From: Octopus vulgaris | Taxonomy: Eukaryota | Reading direction: 5' to 3' | DNA: 64,000 bases | NCBI GenBank assembly: GCA_951406725.2 | Contig: OX597818.1 | Span: 73,284,001-73,348,000 of the forward strand | Part shown: positions 27,436-40,182 of the stretch, piece by piece | Layout: each line of letters begins with the position of its first letter | Position numbering within the stretch: position 1 is the stretch's first letter | Translations under genes and position numbers: made by a program | The notes under the pieces: model-generated | What the model was told of the DNA's origin: nothing | The model's input: only the letters and a program-made list of their open reading frames with translations | Databases searched by the model: none

Positions 27436-30077
27436 AGTAGCTTTATTTTTATAGCGTGCTTTCGCTTCACTACCGAGCGCAGCTCTGTGTGCCTTAGGTA
27501 TGTGCTGTGATTTGTTGTGATGCTCTGATGGTTATTGTATGGAAAGTGTTCTGCCTAGGATGTGTGCAGTTCCTAGTAGTGCAATTTTCTGTATGTTATA
27601 TGTGTTTGTAAGTCCTGGTGTTTTTGTCATGTATTTGTCTGAATATTTTTTTATCATGCCTAATGATAGGAATTGTTTCTGTTTTTAGATTCCACATTCT
27701 GGTTACCTCTATTTCCAGGTCTTTGTATTATGAAAGTTTCTCCATTTCTTTTAGAGACACGTTGTCATCTGCCGGTATTGATACATCAATTAGAAAGCAT
27801 GTTTTTTCTTCATGATCTCTGACAACTATATCTGGTCCGTTGGCCTTAATTTCGCTATCTGTGTGTATCGGCATATCCCAGAGTATGGTTGCTTTCTCGT
27901 TTTCTGTGACCTTTTCTGTTGTGTGCCTATACCATCTTTTTTCTGTTGTTATTCCATAATGTTGGCATAGCTTCCAGTGTATGTAGGTTCCAACTCTGTC
28001 ATGTCTGTGAATATATTCCTTCTTAGCCAGGACTGGGCAGCCAGAGATAATATGATTTATTGTTTCTTGTCCATCTCCACATATTCTGCAGTTACTTGTT
28101 ATATTTCTTTTCATTACATGTTTTTGGTAATTTCTGATGGGGAGGCTTTGGTATTGTGCTGCAATTAAAATTCCCTCTGTCTCTGCTTTGAGTCCTGAGC
28201 TTCTCAACCATTGCTGGGATTTTTCTTTGTCTATTTCTTTTGCGTTTAGTTTAGTCCAGTATTTACCATGAAGGGCTTTTCTTGCCATCGTTTTATCATG
28301 GTTCATTGCTGTTCTGTTTTTAGCTTGGATTTCATTTGTTTTATAGCTTTTGTTGTTTCCTCATCTTCTTCTTCTTCTTCTTCTTCTTCTTCTTCTTCTT
28401 CTTCTTCTTCTTCTTCTTCTTCTTCTTCTTCTTCTTCTTCTTCTTCTTCTTCTTCTTCTTCTTCATATTTTTAGGTTGTATTATTTCTTGTTTGTATTTT
28501 CAGCTTCCTTAAATACTGAGAACAGTTTTTTGTTTTGCTCGTGTTTTGCCGCTATTTGTATCAGTTTTTCTTCTTTCTGAAGTAGATATTTTTGCAGTCC
28601 TATGGTGGTTATTTTATAGTAGTTTTCCAGTTGTATAAGGCCTCTACCACCTTCTATACGTTGTATATATAGTCTTTCTATGTCAGATTTTGGGTGATGC
28701 ATCCTAGATCCTGTCATTATTTTTCTTGTTTTCCTATCTATTTTGGTCAGTTCATTTAGTGTCCAGTTAAGGATATTGTAGCTGTAGCTTATAACTTGGA
28801 CAGCTAAAGTGTTAATACCTATTATCTTGTGTTTAGCATTGAGCTCTGTTTTTAGTATTTATCTAACTCGTCTATAATATTCTTGTTTTATTTTCTCTTT
28901 CATTTGTGTTTGTTGTGTCTTATCTAGTTCATAGATTCCTAAGTATTTGTAAGTTTGGCTTTGGTCTAATTCTTTTATTTCATTGGTTTTATCTAGTGTG
29001 ATGTTGCTACTCTTAACTAGTTTTCCTCTTTTCAGTGTTACTTTGGCGCATTTTTCTAATCCAAATTTCATATCTATTTCTTTGGTAAATCCATGAACTG
29101 TCTTTAATAGTGTTTCCAGCTGTTTGTCATTTGCAGCGTATAGTTTTAGGTCATCCATATATAGAAGGTGACTGATCGTTTTGCCGTAACCAGTTCTATT
29201 TAGCATATCAGATAGAGGTGACAGTGCCAAGCAGAAAAGGAGTGAAGAGAGAGTGTTTCCCTGGAATATTCCTCTTCTATTGGGGATGGCTGTGGTTTTC
29301 ATGAGTCCCTCTTTTGTTTGGAGCTGTAGCACGTTTGCCATTTATTCATAGAGTGCCCTATGAATTTTATATGGGTTGGTGCTACTTTGTTAATGGTTAG
29401 TGTTTCGAGGATTCATGTGTGGGGGATACTATCAAACACCTTTTTGTAATCGATCCAGGCCATACTGAGGCCTTTCTTCTTTCTGTGGCTGTCTTCAGTT
29501 ATAGCTTTATTAATCATTAGTTGAACTTTACAGCCATATGAGCCTTTGCGGCATCCTTTCTGCTCTTCTGGAAACAGGTTGTTTTCGTCCAGGTGCTTGT
29601 TCAACCTTTGCGATATCACTGCAGTAAATGCCTTGTACATCGTAGGGAGACATGTTATTGGTCTGTAGTTTTCTGGTTTTGCTGTCTCATTTGATTTGGG
29701 AATTTAGATGGTTTTCTCCATCGTGAGCTGTTCAGGCATTGTCTCTGGCTCTGCTAGCATGCTGTTAAAGTTTTCAGTCAGCTTTTTGTGCATTCCTGTT
29801 AGATATTTTAACCAGGAGTTGGGGATCTTGTCATGCCCAGGTGCCTTCCAGTTGCTTAGTCTTTGTAGTGCCTGGGTGACCTCTTCAGTTGTTATGGGGG
29901 TCCAAAGTTGCTCAGATGCTAAGTTTGTTGTTTTGATATTTCTTTTTTTTGGTTGTTCGTTCGCCGACCATATTTCTCTCCAGAATTCTTCCACTTCTTC
30001 TGCCGTTGGTGCTGCAGTGATTTCTATTTTATTTTTGCCAAGTTCTTGGTAGAACTTTTGGGGGTTGGAGTTGAACT

Positions 30078-30080
<3 letters not shown>
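27436..30080 (-). mobile_element. 5'-truncated R4/Dong-type element, family A
   Basis: ORF pieces nearly identical to 15184-19437 (YMDDLK, CRICGDGQETINH, same 3' UTR); (GAA)33 at the homologous site (28366-28464); 5' end abuts (TAA)n, 3' tail is (TGA)n-rich (27240-27435). Confidence 0.95.
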
Positions 30081-30145
<65 letters not shown>

Positions 30146-30207
30146 CATCATCATCATCATCATCATTATTATTATTATCATTATTATTATTATTATCATC
30201 ATCATCA

Positions 30208-30242
<35 letters not shown>

Positions 30243-30249
30243 TTTTTTT

Positions 30250-30960
30250 CTTTGCACACCCTCTGACGCTGCAGATGTACTAAAGCGTCAGCTGTTCACT
30301 ACCAGTGATCTAAGAGAACATCTCTTATATTTCGAGCACCTTCCGGAGTACTTGAGCGTTTCCAAGCAGTGCTGTTTTCTGCAAGTGCTCCACCCTTATC
30401 AATGATCTGACAGTATTTGTCTATGTTATTCAATATGAAAATATCCGGCCGACGGTGTTTGCTTACACGATCCGTCCGAAAATCATTATCCCAGAGTATC
30501 GTTACTCTTCCATCCCTATGTATATCTTTACTTGGTATATGGTCATACCAGTTCTCTGTTACTTCATATTGGTATTTACGGCATAAGAGACAATGGAGTT
30601 ACACACACTTTATCGTGGCGGCGTTTGTATTCTTTATGTGCAAGACTCTCACATCCACTTACCAAGTGGGTTACATTTTCCACACTCTTTACCTCTGAGT
30701 TTGCATATCTGGGTGTCATAACTTTTATAGATGTTATACTTCACTGAATTGGTAGCGAGAACCTGAACTTGTGCAGCAATGATCAAGCTTTCGGTGGTAT
30801 GCTTCGGATCACTTCGCTCAAGCCATGCCCACGATTCTGTATTATCCTTAACGTCCTGTGTATTCCTTTCAAACTGTCCATACATGCTCATTTCAAGGTG
30901 TTCTTTCTCTTCTCCTCATCTCTTTGGTTAAACTCTTCCTTGCCCATAATTTCATCTGCA
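30250..30960 (-). mobile_element. Older degraded R4/Dong-type 3' fragment
   Basis: MYGQF...SWAWL...TESLIIAAQ.Q.L.TN, RHD-like motif, ILWDNDF...RPDI; (TAA)n tracts on both sides. Confidence 0.85.
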
Positions 30961-31027
30961 TTATTATCATTTTTATTATTACTGTTATCATTATTATTGT
31001 TACTTTTATCATTGTTATCATCATCAA

Positions 31028-31120
<93 letters not shown>

Positions 31121-32065
31121 CATTATGCATTTATTTACGCTCACTTATATATGAACAGATACACACACATGCGCACATACTCACTCTATAGTACAAACAT
31201 ACAAAGAGAAAGTTAGAAATGTAGCAAGAGTGAGAGAAAGGAATGAGAGAGAAACAGCAGACAAACACGCAAACAGAGACAGGTATATAGTGAGGTTAAC
31301 TGATTGATTAAGAGAGGCGAAGAAGCTAACAGGCATACGTACATTACACACACACACATACACACGCACAAACGAACACACACACAAAACACACAACACA
31401 AACATATAATATTTTGGCAGATATAAAGAAATAGAACTAAACAGGGCATCGGCTTGTTGTTTGCATGAAGTGCATCACTCTTGTCTCAACTTTTCTCTAA
31501 GTAACAAAGAAAAGACAACAAATCAATGAGGCAACATATAAGTATATAAGATATAAACGCAGAGGAGAAATGCTACATCAAATATGATTTCTCTGAAGGC
31601 TTCTGACAATGGAGAACAGTATACAATGAAAATATCACGACAGCATTGAAGAATTCACGAGAGGAACAGATGACGTGTGTCGTAGCAGACGTCTGAGAAA
31701 ACTGTATTCCAGTCAATGGTAATGGAAAAATAAAACATGACTTTGATAAAGATGCTCGTTAACAATAAACAGAAAATACGAGTTATTATTACTAGTAAAG
31801 TATTTTTGATTATATTTATATCAAGTCTGATAAAAAAACAAAACATTTGTGAACGGTATTCTAATTGTAACCTTACGTTTTGTATTTTTATACTTACAAA
31901 GATTTAAAATACATTGTTCATTTCGATTTAGGGGTAGACAGGGAGCTGGATGTTATCTCGACCAATTCACTCGAATACTTTGACTCGTATTTCAGAAATA
32001 AACAAAGAAAATCGATTAAGGTGTTAGCCAGTAAACATTCTTTAACAGGAAGAAAAGAAATGAGG

Positions 32066-32104
<39 letters not shown>

Positions 32105-32719
32105 AACAACTGTAAAATCTGATTGCCTTGATTCCAGATGGACATACAGTCTGTGTTTTGATTGTATTTTGTTGTCATAAAACCATAGAACTTTGCAAAA
32201 TGTAGTTATTTTTGCTGCTATTAAATACAAGATTATCATAGATTTTGATAGGGAGGATATACGAATGTGGGATTGAATTTTCTTTCGTGAATTAACAATA
32301 GAGCTGGAAATGTCAGCTACTTTACTTTGTACTACAACCACTGTACACACATAATCATTAAACAGAACATTATAAAAATAATATTACTATTGTAAGTTAA
32401 TGTTTATACGTTACATGTCTTTGGTTTCCGGTACAGCCAAAATGTACGCATCTTCCAAAACGTATTCTATTATAGCCCCTGGCTGTAAATGTGTTGTGAA
32501 TGAATTTGATAGACAGATATTATGAGCACATGTGTGTGCGTGTGCGCCGTCAATGGCACGCACGTCTTTGGCTTTGTAGTTGTCACTCCACTACCGTTGG
32601 ACAACTAGTGTTGATTATATACCCGTGAATTAGTGTTTCGATAAAAACTAATAATATAAGTATCAAACTTAAAAGACTGAGGACCGGGATCGATTTGCTC
32701 GTCTAAAAAAAAGATCGAC

Positions 32720-32865
32720 AGAGGTGTTCCATGTTGACAATTCACTCTATCGGTCACTTTGCCAAAATACCTTGTTACAGGGACGTAGACATATCATCAG
32801 CGGATGCCAAGCGGTGACGGTGGAGACAAACGCACACACAAAGGCGCGCTCACACACACACACGA

Positions 32866-32896
<31 letters not shown>

Positions 32897-33071
32897 TATA
32901 TAAGACGGTCACGGACTTCTTTCAGTTTCCTGCGACCAAATCTATTCTCAAGGCTTTGGTCGGCTCGAGGCCATAGGAGAAGATACATGCCCAAGATACC
33001 ACATACTGGGTCTGAACCCGATACCATTTGGTTGAGAGGTAAGCTTCTTACCACACAGCTGCTCCTGCGTC
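32720..33071 (-). mobile_element. OR-type SINE
   Basis: Revcomp acgcaggagcagctgtgtggtaagaagctt...tcttgggcatgtatcttct; a degraded + strand copy lies at ~32410-32710. Confidence 0.8.
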
Positions 33072-33082
33072 TCTCTCTCTCT

Positions 33083-33085
<3 letters not shown>

Positions 33086-33135
<50 letters not shown>

Positions 33136-33325
33136 CATATATATATATACACATAGATATATATACATATATATGCATATATATATATACATATCTATAT
33201 ATATATGCATATATATATACATATACATATACATATATATACATACACATATATGCATATATACATATACATACATATATATATATATACATATCTTTAT
33301 ATATATATATATATACATATACATA

Positions 33326-33374
<49 letters not shown>

Positions 33375-33406
33375 GTATATATATGTACGTATATATATAT
33401 ATACAC

Positions 33407-33463
<57 letters not shown>

Positions 33464-33480
33464 TATTCATATGTATATAT

Positions 33481-33548
<68 letters not shown>

Positions 33549-33566
33549 GTATATATATATATATAT
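33086..33566. repeat. Long compound (TA)n/(TACA)n microsatellite
   Basis: About 480 bp of TA-based repeat; source of several spurious YI-rich ORFs. Confidence 0.95.
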
Positions 33567-33668
33567 CCGGAGTAAGCACATAAATCTGAAAAAGGTGGAA
33601 AAAGAGTACTCAAACACCAATGGTAGAGTAATATGCTGTAATTTGAAGCAGCAGAAATATAATAAAAG

Positions 33669-33706
33669 CTGTTACTCAGAGTTTCAAATTCCTGTTCGGC
33701 GGACAG
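33669..33706 (-). ncRNA. Degenerate minimal hammerhead in a (TA)n-anchored element (~33567-33720)
   Basis: Revcomp ctgt-CCGCCGA-acaggaattt-GAAA-ctctgag-TA-acag; helix I ctgt/acag and helix III ctc/gag intact, core has two mismatches. Confidence 0.5.
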
Positions 33707-34789
33707 TTTTGTTAAAATAGAACAGAAATAACAATATGATCAGAACTAGTTAAATGATACACTTTTAAATATGGATTTGTTTCATTGGTCCTTTCAAATA
33801 ACGGTCTTGAGCATGCGATAAACAAATAAACAAAATAAATGAATTCAATATAATTTATAAATTATAAATATCGAGGGGAAATCCTTAAATGGAAGAGCAG
33901 ATTCAAAATACATATTGTCATTAATTATATATGTAATTTAATTCGATTAATACAATTAATACATTAAAAATTTAAATATTTCACAACAGTATATACGCGG
34001 TGCCCCAGCATGGCCACAGCTCATGAGCTGAAACTGGAAAAATCAAAAATCATACTAAACCATCAATATACATATATACATTAAAATACACAGATGGATA
34101 TTCACAGACCACATACATATGCAGACATATATATACAAAACATAAATATACACGCAAATACACATATGCGTATGTATACGTAATGTTGCGCGCATTTAAA
34201 AATCACTTGGTGTATACATATAGACCAGTAGTAAAACGCAGATAGGGGGAAGAAAAAGAAAACGAAAAGGTAATGATCTTATAAAGCAACAGTTAGCTAA
34301 AAAAAGTGAGTAAGAAAAGAGGAGGGGGCGTAAAGTTACAGAACTCTATGCAAGTAACGAATAGGAGGAGAAAAATATTTTTCCTTAACGAAAGAAAAGA
34401 AAAAAGAAGTCTGAATATGTGTACCGAACGTATACAAAACAAAATTACGTACGCATGTGTATATAAAAGTGTATATTAGCAGTAAATACAAACATAAGAA
34501 CAAATATATAAAAATTTATAGACATAAGTACGTAAATACACACTCACAGACACCTTCAAAATTTCTGTCCTCCTGCTTCAAGCAGAAAGAAAGTTTAATA
34601 AAGCGGCAATATGCCTTACTTTTAAAGGCAGAACCAGAATGTTTCGTGATATATTTTAATATAATCTACAATCTAAGCTCAAATCGCACAATGACCAATT
34701 TCGCATTTCGTGGTGAGTTGTAATATATATATAAGAAATTTTAAAAAGAAAATACGCACACTTTACACACCTTTAAAATAATTTTTACT

Positions 34790-34824
34790 ATATCGACCGG
34801 TTTCGCTTTCGCTATTCATGATAT
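34790..34824 (-). ncRNA. Minimal type-I hammerhead, A3-U8 core variant
   Basis: Revcomp ATATC-ATGAATA-GC GAAA GC-GAAA-CCGG-TC-GATAT: 5-bp helix I, GNRA-capped helix II, palindromic ACCGGT helix III, GUC triplet. Confidence 0.75.
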
Positions 34825-35213
34825 TAAGGTTTACTTATTTGAATATGTATTTTCTTAAGAAGAAATTTTGTCCATATTGTGTGTGATGATATTTACGAGT
34901 GAATAAACTTCACAAGTACAAAAACAAGGGGAGGTAATTGGTCATCGTTATTATTGTTATTGTTGTGGGCAAAGGAGATAACAGTTCAGTTTTCGATAAG
35001 GGGAGGGGAATATATGTGTACAGACAAAAAAAAAAAAGGTTTCGAAAAACATGGTGTACATAAATCCCCTCAATAAACAAATTGTTCGAAACCTTTTTTG
35101 TTTGTCTGTACATATATATTCCTCTCCCCCTTAGCGAAAGCTGAACAGTTATCTCCCTTACCCACATGAACAAAATTGCTTATTAAAATACATATTCAAA
35201 TAATTAAACCATA

Positions 35214-35248
35214 ATATCATGAATAGCGAGAGCGAAACCGGTCAATAT
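35214..35248 (+). ncRNA. Minimal type-I hammerhead, A3-U8 core variant (second arm)
   Basis: ATATC-ATGAATA-GC GAGA GC-GAAA-CCGG-TC-AATAT; mismatch at the core-proximal pair of helix I. Confidence 0.7.
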
Positions 35249-35313
35249 ATTAAAAATTATATTAAAAGTATTTAAAGTGTGTATTTTCCTTTTTAATTTC
35301 TTATATATATATG

Positions 35314-35387
<74 letters not shown>

Positions 35388-35392
35388 TATAT

Positions 35393-35810
35393 AGACTTAA
35401 TAAGTGGTTAAAGTAGCCTCATTAACAGACAAAAATATCCAATGAATTACTGTTTCATTGCCTAGTATTTTTGTGAATGCTGATATTTATAAAATATAGG
35501 TCCAAATAAAAAGTTTGGTTTATAAATATTCAAGAGAAAATTCAAAAAATCACGATGTAGCAACTATATTATTAATCGACTGCAAAATGCCAACATATTC
35601 TTTTACAGCTGTTTTGCATAAGGATTAAATTACAATAATTAAACAAAATAATATCCAGTGTGTTGAGATAATTTGAAAACACAACACCCAATAACATTAT
35701 GGTATATCTTTTCTACTGCTTCGATGAAATTTTGCCTTATACAATGATTAATTATTTTACATATATATATACACATACACACGCACACTCATGTATATAT
35801 GTATATTTAA

Positions 35811-35854
<44 letters not shown>

Positions 35855-35965
35855 ATCTATCTAATACAATAATTTAATTATTGTAATTTAATGTTTAAGC
35901 AAAATTGAAACAGCTGTAAGTGAATATGTTGGATTTTTGCAGTTAATAAATTATATTAATACTGC
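35393..35965. mobile_element. PLE-derived relic with inverted repeat and extended-helix-II hammerhead remnant
   Basis: ~35565-35643 is the reverse complement of ~35875-35960; motif TCGATGA (35721)-aattttgc...gcaaaatt-GAAA-cagctg-TA-agtg (35922). Confidence 0.55.
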
Positions 35966-36004
35966 ATCTCCAATAACTGAATTTTTTTCACTCTCTCTCC
36001 CTCC

Positions 36005-36069
<65 letters not shown>

Positions 36070-37094
36070 CGTGTATATATATACACACACACATACATAC
36101 ATACATACATACAAGCATATGCATATGTATATTTATCTATCTCTATTTATATGTGTGTATGTGGGGCGGGGGTGTAAAATGAATGAATAATGACATATTA
36201 TTTAGAAAATGTTATATTGACACGTATGTCATATACATGGAAGAAAGACTTGATGTTTTAATAAATCATTAATATATACAGAAATACTACTAAAATAATT
36301 TAAAATCCGATTAAATTTGTATTAGTAATTAATTTTCTGAGTTAATATCTAAATAGCAAATATGATTATAATAGTGACGTTACTTACAAATGCATTCAAT
36401 TACCTCAAATATGAGATTGACTGGAATGGTGCATCTGGAAAATTAAAAAATTATGTTGTATTATTGAAATAATAGACGTTCAAATCAGTATTTAATAAAA
36501 ATAATTCAAATACAGGAGTGAAATTTTTGTTGTAATTAAGAAAAGAAATACGACTTTTCATGAAATAGTCAATATTGTACCGTTTAAAAATAGTCATGAT
36601 GTACTGTTTAAAAATATAGGTATTTGCAGTTTGGATCACACGTAACCTATTAGTTTATACATATGTTCAGGAACACAAGCTGATATGTAGTTCATGAAAT
36701 ATTAACAAGTCCCCACTTAAGATTCTTAATGTTACATGAAATTGAGGGGAAAGTAACAGAAAGTTGCATGTTCATTCTCATATTTTTATTCAGATAATCT
36801 TCAGATCATGGATATATGTGACAAAAAAGCAGGGTAACATGTTATAAGCATGATGATACGAGAATATATATAATACGTATAACTGTGTGAGACCAAAGTA
36901 CTAATACGAACACATACATATATACACACTCACATGCAAATAGAAGTGTTTCTTATTCTGGTGTCTATCTGTCTGTCTATCTATCTATCTATCTTTCTAT
37001 CTGTCTGCCTGTTTCTCTATACATATATATATACACGCACACTCACATGCATACGCACACGCATACATATATACATACATACGAACGTACATAC

Positions 37095-37125
<31 letters not shown>

Positions 37126-37659
37126 CATACATACATACATACATACATACATACATACATACAGAAAATGATAGACAGATCAAGGAAGATCGTCACTGCA
37201 AGATGTCACTGCAAGCAAGCATCCTGTAGGAATGATTAATAAATATTTTAAATAGTGAAATAGTTTATATTAAAATATAACTAATTCTGTTTAAATTACT
37301 CTACTCTTCAAGTGGTCGAGAATGAATACAAAGCATCTGTCTGCAGTTGTAAAGTCTATTGAGCAAATTACTATTAAAATTTAAGCGCTCGAAAATATAT
37401 CTAATTTTAAACATAATATCCACATTAACACCACTACGTTTCATTATAACACGTTAATTTTCTTAGTTTCATAAATTTAGTAGCCACATTAAAATATAGT
37501 CGAGCGTTTAATGGCTGTGTTAAAGCATACTATCAGGTGCTCTTAAACTTCTTCGATCTTAATTTTACAGTGGCCGGTATTTTTGCGTTTGAGCTAAACA
37601 AATAATCTTAATGTAATAAACTCCAGCCACTATAGGTTTTATACGAGTAATTTATTTTC

Positions 37660-38340
37660 ATATTGGTTTCAAATTTTGACACAATGCCAGCAATTATGCG
37701 GAAGAGTAAGTCGATTACCTCTACCCAGTGCTCAACTGATACTTATTTTAAGAAGCTCGAAAGGATGAAAGGATAAAAACCGACCTCGGTAGCATTTGCA
37801 CTTAGAACGTAGAGACAGGCAGGATGCCGTGAAGTATTTTTATTTCGTTTTACTCGCTAAACCTTTTGCCAGCTTGGCCCCATAAACCAGCATATTTTAA
37901 TATTAAATAAAGTGTAAGGCATCAAACTGGCGGAAGTACTAGGGGACAGTCAAAATACTCGTATTTCCTCCGACATTACGTTCAAATTCCGCCGGGGTCG
38001 ATTTCGACTTCCGTTCTTTCAGGATCCATACAATATATATTATGTGCACACTGGACTCAATGTAATCCACTTACTTTCATTCCCAAATTACTGACCTTGT
38101 GCCACAGTTTGAGACCAACATTACATGAAGCTTTCTGGTGGCACACTGGCAGATGAGTTTGCATGACTGGAAAAGTCGTAGCGGCTTCTCTTCGGGTAAC
38201 TTATGCTGTGAGTCTGCCGAGGTGAATTTTGCTTTAAACATTTCAGTCAAAAATAAGTAACAGCCAAGTACATTGATCGATGTAATAGACTTGCAGACAC
38301 CCTCCAAATTTCTGTCCTCCAGCTTATAGCAGAAAGAACG
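37660..38340. mobile_element. Cluster of three degraded SINEs (family of 23441): one minus, two plus
   Basis: cgaaaggatgaaagg (minus), tacgttcaaattccgccggggtcga, ctgccgaggtgaattttgcttt. Confidence 0.7.
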
Positions 38341-38552
38341 TTTAATAAAGCGGTAATATGCCTTAATTTTAAAGGCAGAAAGAATCGTGGTATATTGTAA
38401 TATAATCTGCAATCTAAGGTCAACTCCCACATTGACCAATTTCGCATTTTGTTCCTTCAGTCATTGATTAGTAACTCAGACAGACAGACGAACACACACA
38501 AGCACACTTACACAAACACACGTGTGTGCATGTGTTTTTATGTGTATGTACA

Positions 38553-38599
<47 letters not shown>

Positions 38600-38698
38600 T
38601 TTTGCATGCATTTAGGAAAATCGTTAGATTTAAAAATTATTAGATCATGTGCGTATATTAGTATTTATATTCAAAGCCCTAAAAGTTGTAAAATATGC

Positions 38699-38731
<33 letters not shown>

Positions 38732-39292
38732 TGTATGTATGTATGTATGTATGTATGCATGTATATACGTATGTATGTATGTATGCATGCATGTATGTAT
38801 TATGTATGTGTGTGTGTGTGTATCTATATATATACATGTACCTATAAATATTTTATATTTCTGTTCCTCGATATTTTCTTTGCCTTATGGTCCATATAAT
38901 TAAATGTTTCTCCTTCTGTGACCTCATTTCTTTCTTCCAATATATGTTGCTATAGGCAATCAGTCATATGAACTATGTTCAATACGGTCTTATAAAGTAC
39001 TGTTTGCGTCTCTCTCTCTATATATATATGTATACATGCACACATATCTCTGGGTTTGTCTGTATGCATGTATGTTTGCGAAACATACAAATACATATAT
39101 AGACGCACACGCATACACGGATGGACGCGTTCACAGACACACACTTACACACGTAGAGACACAGACACACGCACACACACATGTATCTCGGTATTCAAAA
39201 TTGAAATTTTATCTCGCGACAATTATTTCAGTAAACCATATAACTTGCAACACGTATTCACCGCAATTAAATGTCTGCATATAAGTGTATGT

Positions 39293-39332
<40 letters not shown>

Positions 39333-39468
39333 CAAACATATGTATATATATATTACAAATAGATAATAAAAATAAATATATATATATATATATATATACA
39401 GACACACACACACATATATATATATGTGTGTGTGTGTGTGTATATATATACACATATGCATATATGGG

Positions 39469-39660
39469 TATAGGGTGTCACTAACGGGGCAAATAATATG
39501 AAATACGTGAACAACGGGGGAAATGGAAAGCAGAACAAGTTAACACAGAGAAAAGACCCTCCATGAGTTGTCGGCTCTTTATCTACTCCCCATTTCGAGC
39601 ATTCAACGACAATATAAGTCTTGAAAGACGGTTGCTCACAGAAATTCTAAAATAATATTT
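39469..39660 (+). repeat. Copy of the short element at 40183-40401 (left arm and body)
   Basis: Shares gcaaataa.atgaaatacgt.aacaacg...cagaacaagttaacacagagaaa...tctactcc.catt..gagcatt with the 40183 copy. Confidence 0.75.
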
Positions 39661-40182
39661 AGGATTTATGGAGGATCACATTTAGGAACAGAAAATGATA
39701 GTGAGAACATACAAGGAAACAGAACGAAAACAAACTTGGAGTGTTGTCAGTCCAGAAAGTGATGAAAACAGGGAACGCTAGGGAAAGCATTTTTTTGAAG
39801 AGAGAAAGATAAAAGAAAAAAGGCACGTCTGCTCGTTTAAACGTTCGTGCAGGAAAAGAAAGATGGTCAAGTGAGGAAAAGAAAGATGGACGATGGTCAA
39901 GAGTGAGCAACGAGAGAGAGAGAGAAAGAGAACGAGATAGAGAGAGACAGATAGAGAACGGTGAATGAAGGAGTGGTAGACAAAGGGAATTAGAGAAGGA
40001 CGGAGTACAAAACAGTACAGAGTAGAGCGTCGCATCAAAACTTAATTGGAAATGGATGCGTTGCATTTAATTAAACAATAAATAATGAAAATAGTATATA
40101 ATATATACACTTTTACTACTTTCAGCCATGCGGTCGTGGTCATGCTGGAGCACTATAGGTGTGTGTGTGTGCATATATAGTT

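Larger units (their letters stand above)
34723..35311. mobile_element. Fold-back non-coding element, probably PLE-derived, with a hammerhead in each arm
   Basis: Outer arms ~34723-34872 and ~35168-35311 and inner arms ~34974-35048 and ~35084-35156 are reverse complements; (TA)n on both flanks. Confidence 0.85.

Noticed and set aside
32804-33720. Long ORFs of 160-260 aa ([14 protein letters not shown]), and similar ones across the window
   Set aside because: Translations of dinucleotide and triplet microsatellites with no protein signal.
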